DNA of 47,146 bases from an uncultured Victivallales bacterium (GTDB lineage: Bacteria; Verrucomicrobiota; Lentisphaeria; Victivallales; GWF2-38-69), in assembly GCA_964625675.1 (NCBI GenBank), contig CAZVCD010000002.1, positions 1 to 47,146 on the forward strand. Reading direction: 5' to 3'. The notes beneath the pieces were generated by a model. That model made no database searches and was not told where the DNA came from. It saw nothing but the letters and a program-made list of their open reading frames with translations. Position 1 is the first letter of the stretch. Every line of letters begins with the position of its first letter. Below are positions 35,816-44,090 of this stretch, piece after piece. A program made the position numbers and the translations under genes.

Positions 35816-35855
35816 AAATTAAAGGCATATTCTAAATAGGATATGCCTTTAATTT
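35816..35855. terminator. Bidirectional terminator hairpin (15-bp perfect stem, 10-nt loop)
   Basis: AAATTAAAGGCATAT-TCTAAATAGG-ATATGCCTTTAATTT, between convergent genes. Confidence 0.75.
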
Positions 35856-35888
35856 ATATTCTATCAAAAGTAGTCAAAAACTATTATT

Positions 35889-36848
35889 TTAAATTTTACT
35901 AATAAATCTCTTATTAATTACTTTCCAGCGTAATTCGTTTTCAACCTTACCTTGAATCCATTCTTTTAATTTGGTTGGATAATTTAACCTTCCTATTTGC
36001 TTTATTTCTTTGGTGCTGCAGCGAAATAAAATTGAATCAAAAGGGATTTTATTGCCGAATGCGGAAAGAAGGCTTTTTCGCGCTTTAAAATAGCAATTCC
36101 TATAAGACTGATTCCTTATTAAAAGAAATATAGGATATATAAAAGCTATTACCCAGAAAATTAACATTGGGAGGATGCCTGAAAAGAAAAACGTATTTAT
36201 AGATTGTACGGCGAGAAGTAAAAAAAGTGGAAAGAGGAGGCATATAGCGTCGAAAGGGCTCTGGAAGCAGTTTCCAAAAAACCTACGGAACGAGCTTGAT
36301 GATAGTTTATAAGCAAAAAATTCTTCTAAATGTCTGTCTTTTATCGGTTCTCTTGCAGCATGGCTGAGTTCATGAGATAACAATTCGTTTCTACTGTACC
36401 AGAGCCATTTTTTTTTATTAGAAAAAGCAGCGCGTATCAGGAAAAATGTAAATCCGGTTTCGGATGTAGCGGAACATCCGCCTGTTAATAGACCAAGGCC
36501 TTTAGACAGAAAGAACCCGGGAATCCAGTTTATTGAAAAATTATATGCTTTCTCTGTCAACTCAGACGCTTGTGCCAGAATATCTCTATCGATGAGGTTA
36601 TTGTTGGACGCGTAGACTTTATGAAAAAGTTCAATTTGTCCTTTTGTTTCAAGTTCTTCTTTTAGACCTTGTATTTCCAATTCTATATTAAGCAGTCTTT
36701 CTTTATATGATAGAATACTTTCATTGTGTCCGATCAACAGACCTTGTTTGTCAAGAGAAACAAGGTTGTTAATATCTACCTCATCCAAGTTTTCAATTTC
36801 TGTTTTGCTTAACGGAAATTTTAAAGTTTTTTCAGAGAATTGTTTCAT
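35889..36848 (-). CDS. Hypothetical membrane protein with HExxH motif (putative metallopeptidase)
   Basis: SHELSHAAREP, followed by two or three TM helices. No family recognised. Confidence 0.5.
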   Translation of the reverse strand: MKQFSEKTLKFPLSKTEIENLDEVDINNLVSLDKQGLLIGHNESILSYKERLLNIELEIQGLKEELETKGQIELFHKVYASNNNLIDRDILAQASELTEKAYNFSINWIPGFFLSKGLGLLTGGCSATSETGFTFFLIRAAFSNKKKWLWYSRNELLSHELSHAAREPIKDRHLEEFFAYKLSSSSFRRFFGNCFQSPFDAICLLFPLFLLLAVQSINTFFFSGILPMLIFWVIAFIYPIFLLIRNQSYRNCYFKARKSLLSAFGNKIPFDSILFRCSTKEIKQIGRLNYPTKLKEWIQGKVENELRWKVINKRFISKI

Positions 36849-37085
36849 AAAAGGAAAATTTTATTAAGATTTCTAGTTTAGTGTCTTAATTAAGATAGTT
36901 AATATAGGTTTTATTTACGACTTAGCGAAAGTAAAATCATAAAAAAAATTATATCTCAAATAGAATAGTTTTTAATAAATAATTGCTTATTAAGAGCAAA
37001 TCTACTATAATTGTTATTAGCTTGTTCTATTTATTTTGATAATCGATTTATTTTTTGTTAATAACATTACAAAGAGGAGAGGTTT

Positions 37086-38594
37086 ATGAAATTTTTTATT
37101 AGGTATTTGTTAGGGGCTCTTCTATTATTATCTCCATTGGTTACACAGGCATCTTCTCCGTTTAGTTCAACGGTTAGAAATAATGTTATATCGAATTTGC
37201 TTCCGAATATTGCCATATCGAACAATGATTTCCCTAATGCTAATAAATCAGGAGCAGGGGAGACGCAAATTGGTTCAGTAATCGCATCTTCTTATAGCAC
37301 CGACAATCCTAGTCCAAACAATAATTATATGTATACCTGGGCTAGAGATACAGCTATTACAATGAATGAAATTTTTTACCTTTTAGATGAATCATTGCTT
37401 AATAGTGATCAAGCTAATATTAATAAATATGGCCAATATATGCTTAATTATGTAAACTGGCTGAATTATATAGATAAAAAATCAAGTTTCTACCCTGGTA
37501 TTGCAAGGTGCTATGTGAATGGAGTTCCTGATACAGCCTGGATGCAGCCTCAGAATGACGGTGCTGCTTTGAGAAGCATTGTTCTAATTAATTTTGCCAA
37601 CCTTCTACTTGATAATAATGTCACTATTAATAGTAAAGTTTATGGTAAGACATATGTTTCTGATAACCTATATAAAGCAACAATGAATCAGGATCAGTGG
37701 GGAATTATAAAATATAATCTGCAATATGTTAACGGGAAGGTAAGTAATAAGTGTTATGGACTTTGGGAATCATGTAATGCTATACACTTTTTCACACAGA
37801 TGGCTCAGTTGAAAGGCCTTTTGCTAGGAGCTGGATTTGCTTATAAAATGAATGATCCTGGTGCTGGAGTAGCTTATCTACAAACGGCTTATAATTTATA
37901 TCCTAAATTTAAGAGTTATTATAAAATGTATAAATATAATAGTAAAAATCAGGGAAACTGTTATTTTGAAGGTTTAAATGCACCGGGAGATGTGTATCCA
38001 ACAAATCCAAACAATGATGGTGGAAGTAATTTTAAAGATTACAGGGGATTGGGATTAGATATATCATCGCTTTTGGGTATTTTGTATGGCAGAATATCTT
38101 CAACTCAACAGACATTTTTAACGAAATATATCCCTTCAGCCGGGCATAGTAATTTACAGGCAATTTTAAAAGGGATGCCTCAGGTTGGAACAGAGGAAAC
38201 AATAAATACTGTTAATTTATTAATCCAATCTTTTATGCCTAATGGAGGAATGGATCCATACAGCCTTAATGATAATATGCCTGGTGGAGTTGCTGTTTTG
38301 GGGCGTTATCCCGGTGACTTATATAGTGGTGGAACATGGGATAAGGTGGGTGCTCCGGCAAACGCATGGTTTATTTCTACTATAGCATTAGCACAGTATT
38401 ATTACCTTACTAATCAGGCGAGCCTTGGGAATCAGGTTATGAATTTAGGTGTTCTTCCGTATATGGGCAAAAATAACATTATGTCTGAACAGTTTAACAG
38501 AAGTAGCGGGAAACAGTGTAGTTTTCAAAATCTTTCTTGGAGCTATGCTATGTATCTGTTTACCTACAGAGTTTTTAATGGCGGTGCGCTGTAG
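37086..38594 (+). CDS. Secreted glycoside hydrolase family 15 (glucoamylase-like)
   Basis: Signal peptide. GH15 blocks YMYTWARDTA, PQNDGAALRS, GLWES..HFFT (general acid Glu), MSEQFN (general base Glu), and LSWSYA. Confidence 0.8.
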   Translation: MKFFIRYLLGALLLLSPLVTQASSPFSSTVRNNVISNLLPNIAISNNDFPNANKSGAGETQIGSVIASSYSTDNPSPNNNYMYTWARDTAITMNEIFYLLDESLLNSDQANINKYGQYMLNYVNWLNYIDKKSSFYPGIARCYVNGVPDTAWMQPQNDGAALRSIVLINFANLLLDNNVTINSKVYGKTYVSDNLYKATMNQDQWGIIKYNLQYVNGKVSNKCYGLWESCNAIHFFTQMAQLKGLLLGAGFAYKMNDPGAGVAYLQTAYNLYPKFKSYYKMYKYNSKNQGNCYFEGLNAPGDVYPTNPNNDGGSNFKDYRGLGLDISSLLGILYGRISSTQQTFLTKYIPSAGHSNLQAILKGMPQVGTEETINTVNLLIQSFMPNGGMDPYSLNDNMPGGVAVLGRYPGDLYSGGTWDKVGAPANAWFISTIALAQYYYLTNQASLGNQVMNLGVLPYMGKNNIMSEQFNRSSGKQCSFQNLSWSYAMYLFTYRVFNGGAL

Positions 38595-38909
38595 TATTTG
38601 TCTTGAAGATTCAATAAACAATCTAAGGAAAACATGGAAAAACCAAGCCTATAGAGGAAATAAAACATCTTCTCTGGACTAAAGATGCGAAAAAATTCTT
38701 TGAATATCGTATTAACTGGAAAAAATGGTATATCCTTCTTGCTGTTTACTGTGGGCTGATCACGCTAATTTGTTATCTGTTTCAATTTATTCCTAAATGG
38801 ATATAGTCAGAAGTTTTCTTGGCAAAGAAACTGTATTGATTTGAATGCAGTACAATATGTAGAAAAATTCTAGTTTTTTACTTGAGACAACCTGTATATA
38901 GGTAAAAAT

Positions 38910-40106
38910 ATGAAAAAAATATCAATAGTTGTAAATATATATATAAACACCACTCCTGAACAGGAAAATACTTTTGACCATGCTACCGATTTTAATGAAT
39001 TTGATACAGATAATACGTTTACAGACTTTTATAAATCTGTTAAAAAGTTGAATCTGCCTAGTGATCACTGTTACGATTTGTATGTTTTCGCAATTGCAGC
39101 TAACAATGATACTTCGAAAGATGTGAAGATAAAACAGAAGATAGCAGAAATAGTTAAAGAAGCAGGATTTGATGTATTCGTTATTACCAACAGTGAAGTT
39201 TATAAATTAAAAAGAGAAGGTAATACTTTCCTTTCAGTAGACGGCTATTGTGAGATAAGAAACCTTGGTTTTATCTTTCCTTATCACAACAATTCGGATT
39301 TTGTAATTCAGTTTGATGATGATGAAATAGTGCGTGAAAATTATCTTGTTAGAATGATAGAAATATATGATGCTAATCCTGATATTTTCTCTCTTAATGC
39401 TTTGTACGAAAAAGATGGCAGCGTCACTGTTGACGAGAGTTCTGATATGGAATGCTGGAAGAAATGTGCAATGATGAATGAAGATTTTAACAGGTTGTCC
39501 AAAGCAGTTGAACCAATCGAGTCAATATTTGGACTGGGCGGTAATATGACATTTAAAAGAGAATATTTTTCTCAAATTTGTTATCCTGAAAAAGTATCCA
39601 GAGGAGAAGATTTCGCGTTACTGCTGTCTGCGAGATTAGTATACGTTAATGGTAATGAAAAATGTGGAATTGCTTCCGGTAACCAGAAATTTAAAAGCTA
39701 CTTTGTTTCAGACAAAGATATGACAATAATACATGAACCACCGGTAAGCACGCCGAAAAAACATAAACTAAAAATTGATTTTACCAGATTTATTATGCAG
39801 AAAGCTCTAATGAAAAATCACCTGTCGATGGATGAACTACATAAATTGAGTAGATATATTTACAGAATGCTTTCAATAGAGGATTATCTGGAATTCGCGA
39901 AAGAAGTATATATAGAAGCGGCTGAAACAGATCCGAAAGCCTATCCTGAAGAATTTATTAATTCTGAATTAGCAGATATAAAGGAACTCCTGAATGAATA
40001 CGGTAAAAGGGATTTATTTGAGGAGTATAAAGGTTATCAGAAACAATATATAAATTCATTAAAAAATAATAGAATTGATGTATATGATTATCAGGTGAAA
40101 AACTAA
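38910..40106 (+). CDS. Hypothetical protein, possibly a GT-A-fold glycosyltransferase
   Basis: Only weak cues: a DxD-like motif FVIQFDDDEIV and RGEDFALLL. No confident family assignment. Confidence 0.4.
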   Translation: MKKISIVVNIYINTTPEQENTFDHATDFNEFDTDNTFTDFYKSVKKLNLPSDHCYDLYVFAIAANNDTSKDVKIKQKIAEIVKEAGFDVFVITNSEVYKLKREGNTFLSVDGYCEIRNLGFIFPYHNNSDFVIQFDDDEIVRENYLVRMIEIYDANPDIFSLNALYEKDGSVTVDESSDMECWKKCAMMNEDFNRLSKAVEPIESIFGLGGNMTFKREYFSQICYPEKVSRGEDFALLLSARLVYVNGNEKCGIASGNQKFKSYFVSDKDMTIIHEPPVSTPKKHKLKIDFTRFIMQKALMKNHLSMDELHKLSRYIYRMLSIEDYLEFAKEVYIEAAETDPKAYPEEFINSELADIKELLNEYGKRDLFEEYKGYQKQYINSLKNNRIDVYDYQVKN

Positions 40107-40257
40107 TCTTAAGGCCTGAAAATGGAATTTTATAATATAAAACTTACCTTTTATACTGAAGGTACATGCCTTTGGCTTGTTAAAATTTTTGTTCTTGGTT
40201 AACTCGCAGGAATTTAATCTCTATTATTACTTATAATTTACTCCTACGCTAAAGCTT

Positions 40258-40297
40258 CGGAGGATAAATATCGAAAATCATTCCATTTTGGGTGTAA
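40258..40297 (-). repeat. Family-2 short-form copy fused to a fragment of the GC-rich insert
   Basis: The reverse complement is TTACACCCAAAATGGAATGATTTTCGATATTTATCCTCCG. It is immediately followed, at 40241-40257, by AAGCTTTAGCG, which resembles ATAAAGCTTCGCCGAG of the 64-nt insert. Confidence 0.55.
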
Positions 40298-40442
40298 CTT
40301 ATTGATAGATAACAATTTTGTTGATATTAAAAGAAAATAATAAAACAGGTATAACTTGTTGCAATCAAATAAAAACGGTGTACTGTTTATTGTTTTATTT
40401 TGATTCTTTGATTAATAAACTATTGTCAATTAATGTGTTGTA

Positions 40443-40537
40443 TTATACCGGAGGTATTTTTGTTTTTGGTTTCTTTACGAAATTTTAGCCTTCTTTATTT
40501 CTATTATTTTTCTAAAACCATTTCGCTATGGGTATAA
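40443..40537 (-). repeat. Family-2 element, full 95-nt copy, minus orientation
   Basis: The reverse complement is TTATACCCATAGCGAAATGGTTTTAG...AAGGCTAAAATTTCG...CCAAAAACAAAAATACCTCCGGTATAA. Confidence 0.85.
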
Positions 40538-40627
40538 TTGATTAGAGATAGTCTTGTTGAAAATAAGGATAAAATCCTAAGATAAAAAGAAATTTAAACT
40601 TCCTGTGTATTTGGGTTATGGTGTTAT

Positions 40628-41782
40628 ATGAGAGAAGATTTTTTAGATAGATTAACTTCAAAACTTGACAGTCTGGATTCAAACAATATGCAGGCTTTTA
40701 TTCTGCATCTTGTTAAGGACAAAGGTTTTTTGGAAACTATATTTAACACGATAAAGGAAGGTATTGTTGTAATAGACAGAAGCTTACACATACAGTATAC
40801 GAATAAAAGTGCTGCCGATATGCTTGGGATTCCCGATAATATTCACGAACAGAAAATTTCAAAATTTTTAAGAGATATTGATTGGAAGCGTATTTTACAG
40901 GAAGATGAAGAAGAGTGGTATAGAATATCCAGGCAGGATGTCAAGGTTTTTTACCCCAGACGCAGAATTTTGAATTTTTATATTGTTCCTCATGATAATG
41001 ACCAGGAACTGGCAACTATTATTTTAAATGATATTACAGAATCAAGATTAAGTGCACTAGAAAATTTTGAGTCGGAAAAAACCGAATTAATATCAATGTT
41101 GGCTGCAAGTGTTGCACACGAAATAGGAAATCCTCTAAACAGTCTAAATATTCATTTACAACTGTTGGAACGGCACTGCAGAGGGACAGACGAAAAACCT
41201 GCGGATGATGAAGCTCTTGACATGATAAATATTGCGAAGAATGAAGTTAAAAGACTTGATCTAATTATTGCTCAGTTTTTAAGCGCGATTCGTCCTACGA
41301 AGCCAAATATGGAAAAACTTGATTTAAAAGAGTTGGTTATAGCTACTTTAAATTTTATGAAGAATGAAATAAAAGATCGTTCAATAATGGTCCATTGTGA
41401 ATGGCCTGATGTTATGCCTGATATACCGGGGGATTCGAATCAGTTGAAACAAGCTGTATATAATTTGATAAAAAACGCTTCTCAGGCGATGCCGGAAGGC
41501 GGACGGATAGATATAATATGTACTGCGGATGAGGATAATTTACGACTGTCAATATCAGATACCGGTTGTGGTATTTCCGCAAAAGATATGGGGAATATTT
41601 TTGAACCGTATTTTACCCGCAAACAAACTGGTACAGGTCTTGGGTTAATGATTGTGGAAAGAATTATCCGTGAACATGGCGCGGAATTGGCGGTTGAAAG
41701 TGAGCCGGGAAAAGGTACAGTATTTAGAATAAATTTTCCTTTACATTCGCAAAGGGTAAAGCTGCTTCCATCATCTGAATAA
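40628..41782 (+). CDS. PAS-domain sensor histidine kinase (NtrB-like, cytoplasmic)
   Basis: PAS (IFNTIKEGIVVIDRS), H-box SVAHEIGNPLNSL, N-box NLIKNASQAM, G-boxes DTGCGI and GTGLGLMIV. Confidence 0.9.
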   Translation: MREDFLDRLTSKLDSLDSNNMQAFILHLVKDKGFLETIFNTIKEGIVVIDRSLHIQYTNKSAADMLGIPDNIHEQKISKFLRDIDWKRILQEDEEEWYRISRQDVKVFYPRRRILNFYIVPHDNDQELATIILNDITESRLSALENFESEKTELISMLAASVAHEIGNPLNSLNIHLQLLERHCRGTDEKPADDEALDMINIAKNEVKRLDLIIAQFLSAIRPTKPNMEKLDLKELVIATLNFMKNEIKDRSIMVHCEWPDVMPDIPGDSNQLKQAVYNLIKNASQAMPEGGRIDIICTADEDNLRLSISDTGCGISAKDMGNIFEPYFTRKQTGTGLGLMIVERIIREHGAELAVESEPGKGTVFRINFPLHSQRVKLLPSSE

Positions 41783-41806
41783 ATTTTATTTTATAGTAAG
41801 GCTAAA

Positions 41807-41823
41807 TTATACCCACGGTATAA
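41807..41823. promoter_or_regulatory. Palindrome TTATACC-CAC-GGTATAA (family-2 termini with no interior)
   Basis: Read directly. It lies 11 nt upstream of the response-regulator ATG. Confidence 0.5.
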
Positions 41824-41834
41824 GACTGAAAATT

Positions 41835-43199
41835 ATGAAACTTGATAAAGATAAAAAAACGATTTTGCTTGTAGAGGACGATCGCAATACGCGAAACGGA
41901 ATAGCAAAATTATTAAGATATAAATATGATATTACAACTGCAGAAGATGGCATGCGGGGAATCAATATTTTAAAGAAAAATAATTTTGATTTAGTTGTTA
42001 CGGATATTCAAATGCCTGGTGCCGATGGAATGGATATATTAAAAGAGACCTTGAAAAAAGAGCCAAAACCTCCGTGCATTCTTATAACAGCATATGGTTC
42101 CATTGAAACAGCCGTAGAGGCAATTAAAGCTGGTGCCTATGACTTTATATCTAAACCTGTAAACGTAGATAGAATGGAGCAGATTTTTGAAAGAGCGCTT
42201 GAGTCTAAAGACTTGAAAGAAGAAAACAGACGGTTGAAAAAACGACTCAATGACAAGTACGGTTTGGATAATATTATTGGCAAATCTTCAAAATTGCGTG
42301 ATGTTTTTGATATGGTAAAACAGGTGGCACCTGCTAAATCAACGATACTCATTACAGGAGAAAGCGGTACAGGTAAAGAATTGATTGCCCAGGCAATTCA
42401 TACTTTAAGTGGTAGGAAAGGGGCATTTGTCCCTGTACATTGTGCGGCGCTATCTGCTAGCTTACTGGAATCAGAGTTATTTGGACATGAAAAAGGAGCA
42501 TTTACCGGAGCATATGAGAAGAGGGCAGGGCGCTTTGAAATAGCGAATAAAGGTACGATTTTTCTCGATGAAATTGGAGAAATTGATCCATCAGTGCAGG
42601 TTAAGTTGTTGAGAGTCCTCGAAACCAAAACCTTTGAAAGAGTTGGTGGTATACAGCCTCTAACGACCGACACTAGGATTGTAACAGCTACAAATCGCAA
42701 TCTTAAAGAAATGGTGAAGAATGGTGAGTTTCGGGAAGATCTTTTTTACCGATTGGATGTACTGAATATCGAACTTCCGCCTCTTAGAGATAGAAAAGAA
42801 GATATTCCTTTGCTTGTTAATAGTTTTATTGATTACTTTGCTGCGGAAAACAATAAAAAGATTGCCGGTGTTTCAGATGACGTACTGAATATATTTGGCT
42901 CTTATAACTGGCCTGGCAATATTCGAGAGCTCAGAAACTGTATTGAGAGAATGGTTGTACTGTGTCGGGAAGAAATTTTACAGATTGGAAATATACCATA
43001 TAATATTAGAGAGAAAATGTCTCCTGATCTTGTAGAAAAAAATATTTCCTACAATACGCTTCACCTTGAGAGCAATGAGAAAAAACTCATTATTTTAGCA
43101 CTTGATGAAACTGGCGGCAACAGAACTGCAGCTGCAGAAAAACTGGGTATTAGCAGACGTACTCTGCATAGGAAATTAAACGAATACGGTATTAAGTAG
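41835..43199 (+). CDS. Sigma-54-dependent response regulator (NtrC family)
   Basis: REC (DLVVTDIQMPGADG), AAA+ Walker A GESGTGKE, GAFTGA loop (ELFGHEKGAFTGA), and a Fis-type HTH (AAEKLGISRRTLHRKL). Confidence 0.93.
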   Translation: MKLDKDKKTILLVEDDRNTRNGIAKLLRYKYDITTAEDGMRGINILKKNNFDLVVTDIQMPGADGMDILKETLKKEPKPPCILITAYGSIETAVEAIKAGAYDFISKPVNVDRMEQIFERALESKDLKEENRRLKKRLNDKYGLDNIIGKSSKLRDVFDMVKQVAPAKSTILITGESGTGKELIAQAIHTLSGRKGAFVPVHCAALSASLLESELFGHEKGAFTGAYEKRAGRFEIANKGTIFLDEIGEIDPSVQVKLLRVLETKTFERVGGIQPLTTDTRIVTATNRNLKEMVKNGEFREDLFYRLDVLNIELPPLRDRKEDIPLLVNSFIDYFAAENNKKIAGVSDDVLNIFGSYNWPGNIRELRNCIERMVVLCREEILQIGNIPYNIREKMSPDLVEKNISYNTLHLESNEKKLIILALDETGGNRTAAAEKLGISRRTLHRKLNEYGIK

Positions 43200-43950
43200 T
43201 CGATCTATTTTTTAAAACATTTTTCCAGTCTTCTTTAAAGAATGTCTTTCTGTTTTTCAAAAGATTAAATTTAACTATACACCAGAGTGCGACTACGCCG
43301 TCTTTCCAGGTAATTTTTTTGCCTTCATCGTATGTTCTACCATTATATGAGATTGGCAGTTCATAAATCTTTAGAATTCCGGCCTTTGCTATTTTTGCAG
43401 TTATTTCAACTTCAATTCCGAAACGATTTGATTCAAAATTAATATTTTGAATAACTTCTCTGCGGAATGCTTTGTAGCATGTTTCAATGTCAGTAAAGTT
43501 TAAATCAGTCAATAAGTTAGAAAGAAATGTTATAAATTTATTACCAAGTTGATGTCGGTAGTATAATACTCTGCCTGATCCTCCCTGGAATCTTGAACCA
43601 TAAACCACATCTGCTTTTCCGTTTAATAATGGCTTTAAAATAGCAGGATAGTCATCCGGTGAATACTCTAAATCCGCATCCTGTATTATAACAATTGGTG
43701 CTGTAGCTAAGTCAAAGCCTTTTATGATAGCTGCGCCTTTACCTATATTTCCAGGTTGCTTTGCAAACTTTATTTTATTATGCTTTAAATAAGGTTCAAT
43801 AATTTTAGCAGACTGATCTGTTGATCCATCATCAATTACAATGATTTCAGCTACTTCTTCCTTGGGAAGTAATTCATCCAAAACAATTGAAATCGTTTTT
43901 TCTTCATTATAAACGGGTATAACCACGCTGAGAACGTTAGTAAAGTTCAT
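43192..43950 (-). CDS. Glycosyltransferase family 2 (polyprenol-phosphate glycosyltransferase-like)
   Basis: VVIPVYNEE, IVIDDGSTD, and IIQDADLEYSP. ATG 43950 (AGGAAAAAAAGT upstream) is preferred over TTG 43974. Confidence 0.85.
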   Translation of the reverse strand: MNFTNVLSVVIPVYNEEKTISIVLDELLPKEEVAEIIVIDDGSTDQSAKIIEPYLKHNKIKFAKQPGNIGKGAAIIKGFDLATAPIVIIQDADLEYSPDDYPAILKPLLNGKADVVYGSRFQGGSGRVLYYRHQLGNKFITFLSNLLTDLNFTDIETCYKAFRREVIQNINFESNRFGIEVEITAKIAKAGILKIYELPISYNGRTYDEGKKITWKDGVVALWCIVKFNLLKNRKTFFKEDWKNVLKNRSTT

Positions 43951-43990
43951 ACTTTTTTTCCTACTCAATATCAATTATAAAGAAAATAAT

Positions 43991-44063
43991 AAAGCAAGTT
44001 TAACTTGTCCTTCTCAGAATTGCTAACTATATTAAAATAAAAGAATAAAACAAGTTTAACTTA
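43991..44063 (+). repeat. Two solo copies of the family-1 tail motif (AAAGCAAGTTTAACTTG / AAAACAAGTTTAACTTA)
   Basis: Same palindromic tail as 17668-17684. The copies are 56 nt apart in the divergent GT2 / 44091 intergenic region. Confidence 0.6.
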
Positions 44064-44090
44064 GTTAAGAACTTAGAAGAAAGTCCAATT

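Noticed and set aside
38449-38682. 77-aa ORF overlapping the GH15 3' end
   Set aside because: It is out of frame within a well-supported gene for most of its length, and no motif is present.
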